Origin: an uncultured Lichenihabitans sp.
Lineage (GTDB): Bacteria; Pseudomonadota; Alphaproteobacteria; Rhizobiales; Beijerinckiaceae
Direction: 5' to 3'
DNA length: 38,791 nucleotides
Assembly: GCA_964247575.1 (NCBI GenBank)
Contig: CAXTVD010000002.1
Span: 1 to 38,791 of the forward strand
The first letter of the stretch is position 1. Every line of letters starts with the position of its first letter. The notes beneath the pieces are model-generated. The model worked only from the letters and a program-made list of their open reading frames with translations. It was not told the DNA's origin and searched no databases. The position numbers and the translations under genes were made by a program. This document shows positions 8,982-20,186 of the stretch, piece after piece.

Positions 8982-8983
8982 CG

Positions 8984-10255
8984 TCAAGACCCTCCGGAAA
9001 GACCGAGGCGTGCCGAAACCTGATCGGGCGTGGAGACGTTGCGGGTCGGCCCCACGCTGGCCACGGTCGCGGGGCTGCGGAGCATCGCGGCCCCGGCGGC
9101 CTTCGCATCGTCAACGCTGATCGCGTCGATCTTGGCGATCACCTCTTCGCGACCGATCGTCCGGCCGAAGGCGAGGTGCTGGCGCGCGATCTGCTCGGCG
9201 CGTGCGCCGGAGGATTCGAGCGCCACGAGGACCGAGACCTTGAGTTGCGCCTTCGCCCGCTCGACCTCGGCCTCGGTCATGGTGGCCGTGGCGGTGGCCA
9301 GCGTGTCGAGGGACACGCGCATGAGTTCGCCGACATGCTTGCCCGCCGTGGCGGCGTAGAAGCCGAACAGGCCCGTATCCGCATAGGCCCAATCGAAGCT
9401 GTAGATGGAATAGGCCAGCCCGCGCGCTTCGCGCACGTCCTGGAACAAGCGGGACGACATGCCCCCGCCGACCGCATGCGAGAAGACATGGGCCGCGTAA
9501 TGGCCGGCATCATGGAACGAGGGCCCCTCGAAGGCGACCGTGACATGGGCCTGTTCGAGCTTGCGCGCGAGCCGCGCTTCGCCGCCCTTGTAGGCCGCCG
9601 ACGGCGCGGGACGGCTCGCCGCGTCAGGCCACGCGCCGAAGCGGCGCAGCGCCTCCTCGACGATACGGTCGTGCTCCAGCGCGCCCGCCGCGCCGACGAT
9701 CATCGCCGGTGGCGTATAGGAGTGCTTCAGGAACCGCGCCAAAGCGGGCTGGTCGAACCGGGAGACGCCGTCGGGAGTCCCCAGGATGGCACGGCCGATC
9801 GGCTGGTCGGGGTAGGCGCACGCCGTCAGGAGTTCGAAGACGAGATCGTCGGGCGTGTCGTCCACGGCCCCGATCTCCTGCAGGACGACGTCCTTCTCCC
9901 GCTCGACCTCGTCGGGATCGAAGGTGCTGTCCGTCAGGATGTCGGACAGGATGTCCAGCGCGAGGCCGGTGTCGGCGGCGAGCACCCGGGCGTAGTAGGC
10001 GGTCTGCTCGGTCGAGGTGGCGGCGTTGAGGTCGCCGCCGGCCGACTCGATCTCCTCCGCGATGCGTCGCGCGGACCGGCGGCGCGTACCCTTGAAGGCC
10101 ATGTGCTCGAGAAAGTGCGACAGCCCGTGCTCGGCCTCGGTCTCGTGCCGCGACCCGACGCCGATCCAGATCCCGAGAGAGGTGGTCTCGAGGTGCGGCA
10201 TCGCGTCGGTGACGACCCGTAGGCCGTTGGGAAGAGTGGTGACGGCGACGGTCAT
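8984..10255 (-). CDS. M16 family zinc peptidase (pitrilysin/MPP-like)
   Basis: Inverted zinc motif HFLEHMAFKGT, LNAATS, glycine-rich GGGMSSRLFQ; TGATG overlap with thrC. Confidence 0.93.
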   Translation of the reverse strand: MTVAVTTLPNGLRVVTDAMPHLETTSLGIWIGVGSRHETEAEHGLSHFLEHMAFKGTRRRSARRIAEEIESAGGDLNAATSTEQTAYYARVLAADTGLALDILSDILTDSTFDPDEVEREKDVVLQEIGAVDDTPDDLVFELLTACAYPDQPIGRAILGTPDGVSRFDQPALARFLKHSYTPPAMIVGAAGALEHDRIVEEALRRFGAWPDAASRPAPSAAYKGGEARLARKLEQAHVTVAFEGPSFHDAGHYAAHVFSHAVGGGMSSRLFQDVREARGLAYSIYSFDWAYADTGLFGFYAATAGKHVGELMRVSLDTLATATATMTEAEVERAKAQLKVSVLVALESSGARAEQIARQHLAFGRTIGREEVIAKIDAISVDDAKAAGAAMLRSPATVASVGPTRNVSTPDQVSARLGLSGGS

Positions 10256-11667
10256 CAGGCGGCGGCAACCCGTCCGCGCGAACGCTCCCGAATGAAGCGC
10301 TCGACGGCGCTGCGATCGTTGGGCACGCGATTGATCCGCTCGCGCCGGTGCATCAGGTCCTCCATATGCGGGGGCAGGGGCGGATGCCGGCCCGTCGCCT
10401 GCATCACGGCACCGGGGAACTTGGCGGGATGAGCCGTCCCGAGCGCGACGACCGGGGTCGCCGGATCGCGGTCGAGCGCACGGCGGGCCGCCGCCACCCC
10501 GATCGCGGTATGCGGGTCGAGGATATGGCCACTCTCCCGGTAGGTGCGCGTCATCTCGGCCTGCGTTCCCGCCTCGTCGACGCGGTCGGCATCGTAGTGC
10601 GACCGAAGCCGCCGCAGCGCGTCCGGCGCGAGCGTGAACCGGCCGGACTGGGCGAGGCTGCTCATCAGCCCGCGCACCGCCGCGCTGTCGCCCTCGTAGG
10701 ACTCGAACAGCTGGCGCTCGAAATTGGAGGATACCTGGATGTCCATGGACGGCGACTGGGTCGGCCGGACCCCCTGCACCTCGTACACGCCGGTCCGCAG
10801 GCAGCGATCGAGGATGTCGTTCTCGTTCGTCGCGATGATCAGCCGGTCGATGGGCAGGCCCATCGCCTTGGCGGTCCGTCCGGCCAGCACGTCACCGAAA
10901 TTGCCGGTCGGGACCGCAAAGGACAGGCTCCGGTGCGGGGCCCCAAGCGCCGCCCCCGCCACGAAGTAATAGGTGATCTGCGCGACGATGCGCGCCCAGT
11001 TGATCGAATTGACGCCGGACAGGCCGACCTCGTCGCGGAACGCGTGGTGGTTGAACAGCGCTTTGACGATCGCCTGGCAGTCGTCGAAGGTGCCGTCGAG
11101 CGCGATCGTGTCGACGTTGCCGTCGTCCACCGTCGTCATCTGGCGGCGTTGCACGTCGGAGACACGACCATGGGGATAGAGGATCACGACGTCCACCGAG
11201 GGGAGGCCCCGGAAGGCGTCGATGGCCGCCGCTCCCGTGTCGCCGGACGTCGCCCCCACGATCGTCGCGCGTCGGCCGCGGTCCCGGAGCGCCTGATCCA
11301 TCATGCGGCCGAGCAATTGCATCGCCACATCCTTGAACGCCAGCGTCCGCCCATGAAACAGTTCGAGAACGAACAAGTTTGGACCGAGTTGCACGAGCGG
11401 GGTCACGGCGGGATGACGAAAGGTCGAATAGGCCTCATCGATCATCCGACCGAGGACGGCCGGCGGGAAAGCCCCGTCGGCGAACGGCGCGATCACCTGT
11501 TCGGCCACGTCACGATACGGCCGGCCGGCCAAGGCTGCCATCGCGCCGGCCTCGACTCGCGGCATGGCAGCCGGCACGTAAAGGCCGCCGTCGCGGGCGA
11601 GGCCGGCGAGCAGCGCCTCGGTGAAGCCGACGGTCGGCGCCTCGCCGCGCGTGGACTGGTAAAGCAA
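10255..11667 (-). CDS. thrC: Threonine synthase
   Basis: YQSTRG N-terminus, LELFHGRTLAFKD (PLP lysine), GATSGDTG, NSINWARI, VPTGNFG, SPSMDIQVSSNFER, TAHPAKF. TTG start at 11667 with GGAGG upstream; the ORF-track start (11805) is too long. Confidence 0.95.
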   Translation of the reverse strand: MLYQSTRGEAPTVGFTEALLAGLARDGGLYVPAAMPRVEAGAMAALAGRPYRDVAEQVIAPFADGAFPPAVLGRMIDEAYSTFRHPAVTPLVQLGPNLFVLELFHGRTLAFKDVAMQLLGRMMDQALRDRGRRATIVGATSGDTGAAAIDAFRGLPSVDVVILYPHGRVSDVQRRQMTTVDDGNVDTIALDGTFDDCQAIVKALFNHHAFRDEVGLSGVNSINWARIVAQITYYFVAGAALGAPHRSLSFAVPTGNFGDVLAGRTAKAMGLPIDRLIIATNENDILDRCLRTGVYEVQGVRPTQSPSMDIQVSSNFERQLFESYEGDSAAVRGLMSSLAQSGRFTLAPDALRRLRSHYDADRVDEAGTQAEMTRTYRESGHILDPHTAIGVAAARRALDRDPATPVVALGTAHPAKFPGAVMQATGRHPPLPPHMEDLMHRRERINRVPNDRSAVERFIRERSRGRVAAA

Positions 11668-11686
11668 GACTCCCTCCCGCACCCGC

Positions 11687-12529
11687 TCAGGGGCGTGATG
11701 GCGACGATGGATTCCGTTGCTGTAGCACATGGCCCCGTGCCCCGACATCGTGGAGGACCGGGGCGGTCCGATGTGAAAACACGGAGCGCCAGACAGAAAC
11801 GGCATAGACGGTCAGTAGCCCGAGCGCGAGGCCGAACCAGGTCAGCGCGTAGGACAGATGCGAGTTGGGGATGGACAGGACGGTCTCGCCGGCCTGCGGC
11901 AGTCCGCCCGGTACCGGCGTGGCGTCCTCGTCGACCGTGAAGGGGGCGACCCTGTCAAGGCCTGTGGCGGCGGCGATCGAGGCGGGATCGCGCGTGTACC
12001 AGAGGCGCTCCTCCGGCCGGTCGGCGGGGGTGAAGGGATTGCGGGCCTCCGGCTCGCGCATCAGGCCCGTGATCCGCACCGGCCCGACGATCTGGCCGGC
12101 CCGGCGCGTGGCCGGGTCGACCCGGTCCTCCGGGACGAAGCCCCGATTGACGATCACCACGGCGCCCGAAGCGAGGCGAAGCGGGGTGAGCACGAGGTCG
12201 CCGATCCCCCGGAAAGGCCCGCCCTTCGGCTCGTCGAGAGGGCGGAACACCCGGGCCTCCTTGTCGTGCTCGAAGGTGCCCTCCAGGACGACGTGCCGGT
12301 AGCCGTAGTCGCTCGGCTCGAGAGCCGGCCACTCGCTTTCGGGCGGCAGCGGCACGGTGGCAGCCGTGGTCCGCGCTTCGATCGTCGCGATGAGGGCGGT
12401 CTTCCAGGCCAGGCGCTGCAACTGCCACACGCCGAGCCCGACGAGCAGCGCGCAGGCCAGCAGCGTGCCGACCGTGGGCCAGAGCAGCCCGCCCCGGCCG
12501 GCAAGGGCTCGCGGCGCTGCGGCCGTCAC
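11687..12529 (-). CDS. surf1: SURF1/Shy1 cytochrome oxidase assembly protein
   Basis: LGVWQLQRLAWK, VNRGFVP, IPNSHLSYALTWFGLA; GTG start overlaps the DUF983 stop (GTGA). Confidence 0.92.
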   Translation of the reverse strand: MTAAAPRALAGRGGLLWPTVGTLLACALLVGLGVWQLQRLAWKTALIATIEARTTAATVPLPPESEWPALEPSDYGYRHVVLEGTFEHDKEARVFRPLDEPKGGPFRGIGDLVLTPLRLASGAVVIVNRGFVPEDRVDPATRRAGQIVGPVRITGLMREPEARNPFTPADRPEERLWYTRDPASIAAATGLDRVAPFTVDEDATPVPGGLPQAGETVLSIPNSHLSYALTWFGLALGLLTVYAVSVWRSVFSHRTAPVLHDVGARGHVLQQRNPSSPSRP

Positions 12530-12903
12530 GGCTCCAGCCGGGCTTGTTCCGCCTTGTTGCGGTACTGCAGGGCGATCAGCACGCCCTTGAGAGGCCGGAG
12601 CGGCCCGACGCACAGCAGGAGGGCCAGGGGAAAAAAGACCGGGACGTAACCCAAGATCGGTGGGTCGTAGGCGACATCGACCAGCAGAGCCAGGCCGGCG
12701 ATGATCGTCCCTGCGATGAGCGACACGAAGAAGGCCGGCCCGTCGCCCGCATCGGCAAACGCGAAATCGAGGCCACAGACGTCGCAGGACGGCGCCACTT
12801 TGAGAAAGCCTCGAAACAGCCTGCCGCTTCCACAGCGCGGGCACCGGCCCGTCAGGCCAGCGGTCACGGGCGGGACGGGCGGATAGTCCTGGTTCAATGC
12901 CAT
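12526..12903 (-). CDS. DUF983 family membrane protein (two CxxC motifs)
   Basis: GRCPRCGSGRLFRGFLKV...CDVCGLDF...DAGDGPAFFV, ending LKGVLIALQY; usual position between coxC and surf1. Confidence 0.88.
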   Translation of the reverse strand: MALNQDYPPVPPVTAGLTGRCPRCGSGRLFRGFLKVAPSCDVCGLDFAFADAGDGPAFFVSLIAGTIIAGLALLVDVAYDPPILGYVPVFFPLALLLCVGPLRPLKGVLIALQYRNKAEQARLEP

Positions 12904-12928
12904 TGGTGCCTCGATGGGTGACACCGTT

Positions 12929-12954
12929 CGGCCCGCCTCCGATGGGGCGGGCCG
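12929..12954 (-). other. Intergenic hairpin after coxC (no U-tract; possible mRNA stability element)
   Basis: CGGCCCGCC (12929-12937) / GGCGGGCCG (12946-12954) perfect 9-bp inverted repeat. Confidence 0.55.
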
Positions 12955-12979
12955 GCCGCACGGCGGGACGTCGGCTCGG

Positions 12980-13837
12980 CTACTTGGCGATGCCCTCGGC
13001 CGCTGCACCCCAGGAGCCCCACACATAGATGCAGGCGAAGAGGAACAGCCAGACGACGTCGACGAAGTGCCAGTACCAGGCGGCGAATTCGAAGCCGAGA
13101 TGCTGGCGCGGCGTGAACTGGCCCGCGAAGGTCCGGATTAGGCAGACCAGCAGGAAGATCGTACCGATCAGGACGTGAAAGCCGTGGAAGCCGGTGGCCA
13201 TGAAGAAAGTCGCGCCGAAGATGTTGCCGGAGAAGGCGAAATCGGCGTGGGAATACTCATAGGCCTGGACGCAGGTGAACAGTGCGCCGAGCACCACGGT
13301 GAAGATCAGCGCCAGCTTGGTCGACCGACGGTCGTTGTGGAGCATGGCGTGATGGGCCCAGGTCACGGTCGTGCCCGAGGTCAGCAGGATCAGCGTGTTG
13401 AACAGGGGCAGGTGCCAGGGATCGAACGGCTCGATGCCCTTCGGGGGCCAGTGGCCGCCGGTAAACGAGGCCCGCAGATATTCAATGGCCGCGCCCGGAA
13501 AGAGGCTCACGTCGAAATAGGCCCAGAACCAGGCCACGAAGAACATCACCTCGGAGGCGATGAACAGAATCATGCCATAGCGGTGACTGAGCTGAACGAC
13601 CCGCGTGTGGTCGCCATGCAGCGCCTCGTTCACGACATCGTTCCACCAGGCGATCATGGTGTAGACGACGCCGAGCATGCCCAGAGCAAACACATAGGGC
13701 GCGAAGCTGCCCATGTGCTTCATCCAGCTGATGGCGCCGACGGCCGACAGAAACGCGCTGAACGAGCCGAGCAGGGGCCAGGGACTCGGGGGCAGAATGT
13801 GGTAGTCGTGGTTCGGCTTGGCATGGACGTCTGCCAT
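12980..13837 (-). CDS. coxC: Cytochrome c oxidase subunit III
   Basis: [46 protein letters not shown]. Confidence 0.97.
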   Translation of the reverse strand: MADVHAKPNHDYHILPPSPWPLLGSFSAFLSAVGAISWMKHMGSFAPYVFALGMLGVVYTMIAWWNDVVNEALHGDHTRVVQLSHRYGMILFIASEVMFFVAWFWAYFDVSLFPGAAIEYLRASFTGGHWPPKGIEPFDPWHLPLFNTLILLTSGTTVTWAHHAMLHNDRRSTKLALIFTVVLGALFTCVQAYEYSHADFAFSGNIFGATFFMATGFHGFHVLIGTIFLLVCLIRTFAGQFTPRQHLGFEFAAWYWHFVDVVWLFLFACIYVWGSWGAAAEGIAK

Positions 13838-13964
13838 GTCGCATTCCCCGTTCGATGTTGCGCGTGCCACCAGGGTCAACGCGTGGTCGGTCGTTCCGGT
13901 CGCACTTGCCTCGTTCCAAAGCGACGGTCAAGGTCGCCTGCCGCGCAGAGCGAAGCTCGCCCTG

Positions 13965-14561
13965 TCACGATTTCGGCTTGTCCGGCTTGGTCGCATCGGC
14001 GACCGGACGGCCCCCGTTGGGAGGAGCGAAGAAGGTATAGGACAGGGTCAGGGTGTCGACCGCCGCCATGCTCTCGTCCTTCTCCAGCGCCGGATCGAGG
14101 AAGAACACGACGGGCATGTCCATCGACTCGTGCGGCTGGAGCTTCTGTTCGGAGAAGCAGAAGCAGGCGATCTTGTTGAAGTACAGGCCCGAGACGTCCG
14201 GGGTCACGTTGTAGCGCGCGTCGGCCACCGTCGGCTGGTCCGACAGGTTGGTCACCCGGAAGAACACCGTTGCCGTGGTCCCCGTCCGGAGCGCGATCGA
14301 GGGCGTGTCGGGCTCGAAGCGCCAAGCCAGGCCCGGCGCCACGTTGGCATCGAAACGGACGTTCAGGGTCCGCTTGCCCGTCACCGCCGCAGGGCCGGCA
14401 GCGACCTGCGTCGTGCCGGCGAAGCCGGTGGCCTGGCAGAACTTGCGGTAGAGCGGGACAGCGGCGAAGGACATGCCGAGCGAGAGAAGGACGCCGGCCA
14501 CGACGCTGCAGGCGATCAGGTGTCCCTGTCGGCGGCTCCGAGCATAAGCGGCGTCATCCAT
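13965..14561 (-). CDS. ctaG: Cytochrome c oxidase copper assembly protein CtaG/Cox11
   Basis: VPLYRKFCQATGFAGTT, YFNKIACFCF copper motif, MPVVFFLDP, TLSYTFF. Confidence 0.96.
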   Translation of the reverse strand: MDDAAYARSRRQGHLIACSVVAGVLLSLGMSFAAVPLYRKFCQATGFAGTTQVAAGPAAVTGKRTLNVRFDANVAPGLAWRFEPDTPSIALRTGTTATVFFRVTNLSDQPTVADARYNVTPDVSGLYFNKIACFCFSEQKLQPHESMDMPVVFFLDPALEKDESMAAVDTLTLSYTFFAPPNGGRPVADATKPDKPKS

Positions 14562-14573
14562 GTCGTGCCTGCC

Positions 14574-14762
14574 TCAGATCGGGCGGGTGATGAACCCGGC
14601 CCCCAGCTTGGCGATCGTCATCACGTAGAACAGGACGCACAAGCCACCGACCAGGAGCGCGATCGCGATGTTGCGCAGCCGGCGGCTCCGGATCTGCGCC
14701 TCGGTGAGCACATAGGGGACGATGATCTCTGGGTCGCCCTGCGGCTTGCTGCTCGTCACCAT
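14574..14762 (-). CDS. Small single-TM protein of the cox operon (CoxF-like)
   Basis: C-terminal 62 aa of ORF 14574..15269: [39 protein letters not shown]; sits between ctaB and ctaG and overlaps the ctaB stop. Confidence 0.8.
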   Translation of the reverse strand: MVTSSKPQGDPEIIVPYVLTEAQIRSRRLRNIAIALLVGGLCVLFYVMTIAKLGAGFITRPI

Positions 14763-15703
14763 GCCAACCGCCCCGCGAGGCCCAGGCCGTTCTCGGCAAG
14801 CAACACCGCGAAGAGCAGGAAAAGGTAGAGGATCGAGAAGCCGAAGAGGTGCTTGGCGGCCTGATCGGCGGCCGCGCCGACCCGGCGACGAAACACCTGG
14901 ACAGCGAGGTAGACCATGGCAGCGCCGGTGACGATCGACAGCGTTCCGTAGGCTGCACCGCCCACCCCGAGCACCCAGGGCAGGAAACCGACCGGCGCCA
15001 GAACCAACGTGTAGATCAGGATCTCGAGGCGGGTTCGATCCGGCCCTTTCACGTTGGGCATCATGGGGATGCCGGCGCGGGCATAGTCGTCCGTGCGCAG
15101 CAGGGCCAGCGCCCAGAAGTGCGGCGGCGTCCAGATGAAGATGATGGCGAAGAGCGTCAGGCTGACCACGCTGATCCCGCCGGTCACGACGGCATAGCCG
15201 ATCATGGGCGGCAGGGCGCCCGCCGCGCCCCCGATCACGATGTTCTGCGGCGTCCAGCGCTTCAGCCACATCGTGTAGACGACGGCGTAGAAGGCGATCG
15301 TCCCCGCCAGCAGCGCCGCGGAAAGGAAGTTCGAGGCCACCGCGAGGAGCATGACCGACAGGACGGACAGGACGAGCCCGAAGGCCATGGCCTGGCCGGG
15401 ACTGACCCGCCCCTGCGGCACCGGCCGGCCCTTGGTGCGGACCATGACGCTGTCGATGTCGGCGTCGTAGGCCATGTTCAGGGCGCCGGAGGCGCCGGCG
15501 CCGACGGCGATGGCGAGCAGCGACACCATCGCGGTCACAAGGTCAACGTGACCCGGGGCGACCATCAGGCCGCACAGCGCCGTAAAGACGACAAGCGACA
15601 TGACCCGTGGCTTGAGCAGTTCCAGGTAGTCACCAGGTGTCGCCGTCGATCCGCCCGCCAGCAGAGGGGCGTCGAGGGCGGCGGGATCGAGAACCAGACT
15701 CAT
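14756..15703 (-). CDS. ctaB: Protoheme IX farnesyltransferase (heme O synthase)
   Basis: [63 protein letters not shown]. Confidence 0.96.
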   Translation of the reverse strand: MSLVLDPAALDAPLLAGGSTATPGDYLELLKPRVMSLVVFTALCGLMVAPGHVDLVTAMVSLLAIAVGAGASGALNMAYDADIDSVMVRTKGRPVPQGRVSPGQAMAFGLVLSVLSVMLLAVASNFLSAALLAGTIAFYAVVYTMWLKRWTPQNIVIGGAAGALPPMIGYAVVTGGISVVSLTLFAIIFIWTPPHFWALALLRTDDYARAGIPMMPNVKGPDRTRLEILIYTLVLAPVGFLPWVLGVGGAAYGTLSIVTGAAMVYLAVQVFRRRVGAAADQAAKHLFGFSILYLFLLFAVLLAENGLGLAGRLAW

Positions 15704-15738
15704 GACATTCCTTCGACGGGCCCCCTGCGGGAGCCTGA

Positions 15739-15765
15739 CATCCCGCGCCGGATGCGCGCGGGATG
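15739..15765 (-). other. Intergenic hairpin after coxA (no U-tract; possible mRNA stability/processing element)
   Basis: CATCCCGCGC (15739-15748) / GCGCGGGATG (15756-15765) perfect 10-bp inverted repeat. Confidence 0.55.
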
Positions 15766-15796
15766 CCGGAGGGGCGGGGCGGACGGCAGGTCCGGA

Positions 15797-17482
<1,686 letters not shown>

Positions 17483-17495
17483 TCACGGTCGAAAG

Positions 17496-18353
17496 TTAGC
17501 GGCGGATGTCGTTGGCTGCGACGCGCACAGGCCCGTCGCCGGCATTGTCGGCGTACTTCTTCTTGGCGTCCTGCAGCCAGGCCTCGTACTGGGGCTGGCT
17601 GACCACGCGAACGGCGATCGGCATATAGGCGTGGTCCTTGCCGCAGAGCTTGGAGCACTGCCCGTAGTAGATGCCTTCGCGGGTCGCCTTGAACCAGGTC
17701 TCGTTCATGCGGCCGGGGACCGCATCCATGCGGATGCCAAGCGACTGCACGACGAAGGAGTGGATGACGTCGGCGCCCGTGACCTGGACGGCAACGACCT
17801 TGTCGACCGGCACCACGGCCACGTTGTCCACGGACAGAAGGTGGATATCGCCGGGCTTGAGCTGGTCGTCGGGCAGCAGCGCGGAGTCGTACTCGAAGCC
17901 GCCCGCCTGGTCCTTGGGATAGGTGTAGGACCAGTACCACTGCTTGCCCGTCGCCTTGATGGTGATGTCGGGCTTGGGAATGACGAGCTGGTCGGTGAGC
18001 AGGCGGAACGACGGGATCGCGATGATCACCAGCAGCAGCACCGGGACCACCGTCCAGGCCACTTCGAGAAGCGCATTGTGCGTCGTCTTTGACGGCACCG
18101 GATGCGCCTTCTCGTTGAACTTGACCACGACGATCGCCAGCAGCGCCAGGACGAAGAGGCTGATGCCGATGGTGATCGGCAGGAGGATGGCGTTGTGGAA
18201 CCAGTGGATCTCGTCGGCGATCGGGGTCACGCCCTCCTGGAAGCCGATCTGTCCCGGTTCGGCATAGCCGATGCCGTTCGCCGACGCGGTCACGACGCTG
18301 CCAAGCAGCGCCGCAGCGCCCGACAAGATCGAGCCGATGGTGGTCCGTCGCAT
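17496..18353 (-). CDS. coxB: Cytochrome c oxidase subunit II
   Basis: Signal peptide, HNALLEVAWT, GKQWYWSY, ADVIHSF, CuA motif CSKLCGKDHAYM. Likely start is the ATG at 18353. Confidence 0.97.
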   Translation of the reverse strand: MRRTTIGSILSGAAALLGSVVTASANGIGYAEPGQIGFQEGVTPIADEIHWFHNAILLPITIGISLFVLALLAIVVVKFNEKAHPVPSKTTHNALLEVAWTVVPVLLLVIIAIPSFRLLTDQLVIPKPDITIKATGKQWYWSYTYPKDQAGGFEYDSALLPDDQLKPGDIHLLSVDNVAVVPVDKVVAVQVTGADVIHSFVVQSLGIRMDAVPGRMNETWFKATREGIYYGQCSKLCGKDHAYMPIAVRVVSQPQYEAWLQDAKKKYADNAGDGPVRVAANDIRR

Positions 18354-18674
18354 CAACTTCCCCGCTGTAAGCTCGCTGGAACGGGAGCCGCCGCCGGCGC
18401 CTGCGCCACGGCCCTGCTCCCTCTCGAAGCTGTGGAAATCATAAAGCCGAACCGAGCGCAATGTCACCCGGATCACAATCGTGCGTCATTAGAACGCTCG
18501 GCCGGGCTGCCCCCGTGCCCCACACGGCACGTTCTCCCCGTGGGCTCAGTCCACGGTTGTCCTTGACAGGCCTCGCTCTTTTGCTACGCCACGAGCCGCC
18601 GTGACCTGACGGTTCGGACCGTGGTGGTCGTGGATGTCGCGTCCCTGGGGGATGTCGAGAGACGGGAAGTCGCG

Positions 18675-19214
18675 ATGAGGGACAGGATGGGAGGCGCAAG
18701 CCGACGGGCAGGGCGGAGCTTGCGGCTGGCGTCCGTCCTGGGCCTGACGGTCGCCGGACTGGCGGGGCTGTCCAGCGCCTCCGCGCAGGGTGTCGTCAAA
18801 TCCAAGCATGGCGATTGGGAGACCCGGTGCGAGACGCCGCCGGGGGCAGCCAAGGAGCAGTGCGCGCTCATCCAGAGCGTCGCGGCGGAGGACCGGCCGA
18901 ACGTGAGCCTGGTCGTGATCGTCCTCAAGACGGCGGACGGCAAGAGCCGGCTGCTCCGTGTTGTCGCCCCGCTCGGCGTCCTGCTGCCCTCCGGCCTCGG
19001 CCTGAAGGTCGATCAAGTCGATATTGGCCGGGCCGGCTTCGTGCGCTGCCTGCCGACGGGCTGCATCGCCGAGGTCACGATGGACGACAAGCTCGTCGAT
19101 CAGCTGCGGACGGGAACGACCGCGACCTTCATTATCTTCCAGACGCCGGAGGAGGGGATCGGCATTCCCCTGACCCTCAGCGGGTTTAAGGACGGATTCG
19201 AACAGCTGCCCTGA
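18675..19214 (+). CDS. Invasion-associated locus B (IalB) family exported protein
   Basis: Signal peptide, HGDWETRCETPPGA..EQCALIQSV, LRVVAPLGVLLPSGLGL, FVRCLPTGC, LSGFKDGF; divergent from coxB as is usual in Rhizobiales. Confidence 0.85.
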   Translation: MRDRMGGASRRAGRSLRLASVLGLTVAGLAGLSSASAQGVVKSKHGDWETRCETPPGAAKEQCALIQSVAAEDRPNVSLVVIVLKTADGKSRLLRVVAPLGVLLPSGLGLKVDQVDIGRAGFVRCLPTGCIAEVTMDDKLVDQLRTGTTATFIIFQTPEEGIGIPLTLSGFKDGFEQLP

Positions 19215-19219
19215 CGGGA

Positions 19220-20053
19220 TCAGCCTTGCGGCGCGGTCCTGACGGCAGCGGCCCGGGCCGGCTTGCGCACGTTTCGCCACAGATCGGACTGGTCGATCAT
19301 GGTCCGGATGGAGGCGACGCTGGCGGCGGCGTCGTCAGCCGACAGGTCCGAGCGGGCGACCTGTTCGGCCTCGGGGTATTTGCCCTGTAGCGCGAGAACG
19401 AGCGCGAGGTTCTGGCGCACCCGCATCGTGGCGCCCCGTTCGGCCGCGGCGCGACGCAGCGTCTGCTCGGCGAGCGGCAGCTGCTTGTCGAGGGCGTAGG
19501 ACAGGCCGAGATTGGACAGGGTGTTCGGGCTGTCCGGCTCGATCTTCAGGGCCGCCTGATAGTAGCTCTGGGCTCCCGCATGGTCGCCGAGCTGGTCGGC
19601 GACCGAGCCCTGTGCGGACAGCACGCTCCAATCGGGCTTGTCGGGGGTGTGGGCCCGGGGCAGCACGTCGGCCGCCTCCTTCAGCCGGCCGACGTCGGCG
19701 AGCGCTTTGCCGTAGGCGGCGAGCACCTGCTTGTCCAGCGGATACTTGATGGCTGCCGTTTCCAGCACCGCGACGGCCTGCTGGTGGCGGTCGAGACCGC
19801 GGAGAGCGGCGGCGTAGTTGAGAGCCGCGGGCTTGTCGGCCGGGTCGGCGTCGTATTTGCGGCCCCATTCGGCGGCGTAGGCCTGCAGGGCGGCCTGCGT
19901 GCCGGGCAGGGGAGCGATCGAGGTGATCGACCCCGTAGCGGTCCGGTCCGTCATGCAGCCCGCAAGCGACAGCGCCAGCAGGCCGGCTGCGGCCAGAGGG
20001 GCGAGGCGCGCCCGCCGGACAGGGCGTCGGGCGGCGGCGGGGAACAGGCGCAT
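19220..20053 (-). CDS. TPR lipoprotein, TadD/CpaO-like (Flp pilus pilotin family)
   Basis: Lipobox LSLAGC, TPR-like helices, SNLGLSYAL, VRQNLALVLALQGKYPEAE. Confidence 0.8.
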   Translation of the reverse strand: MRLFPAAARRPVRRARLAPLAAAGLLALSLAGCMTDRTATGSITSIAPLPGTQAALQAYAAEWGRKYDADPADKPAALNYAAALRGLDRHQQAVAVLETAAIKYPLDKQVLAAYGKALADVGRLKEAADVLPRAHTPDKPDWSVLSAQGSVADQLGDHAGAQSYYQAALKIEPDSPNTLSNLGLSYALDKQLPLAEQTLRRAAAERGATMRVRQNLALVLALQGKYPEAEQVARSDLSADDAAASVASIRTMIDQSDLWRNVRKPARAAAVRTAPQG

Positions 20054-20102
20054 GGACGGCTCCGCTCGGGGTGATGACCCCCATCCTTCGGAGCAGTAGA
20101 TT

Positions 20103-20125
20103 GTTAACCCTAACCGAGTGTTAAC
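20103..20125. promoter_or_regulatory. CtrA-like binding site
   Basis: CTAA-N7-TTAAC at 20110-20125 (one mismatch to TTAA-N7-TTAAC) plus an adjacent GTTAACC half site at 20103-20109, in a locally AT-rich divergent promoter region. Confidence 0.6.
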
Positions 20126-20186
20126 TCGGCTCTCGTCACAAGGGATGGACGCCCTGGCGCGTCGGCCCCCTATCGAAGGAGATCGC

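Noticed and set aside
11330-11365. ThrC motif reads FHGRTLAFKD rather than the usual FHGPTLAFKD
   Set aside because: A single substitution with the PLP lysine and all other motifs intact; not enough to suggest changed function.
11687-12961. Apparent long N-terminal extensions or fusions in the ORF track (surf1 from 12961, NlpC from 21320, ABC ATPase from 26417, kdsD from 33575, CoxF from 15269)
   Set aside because: The extensions are alternate frames of the upstream gene; real starts lie at stop/start overlaps or just after the upstream stop.
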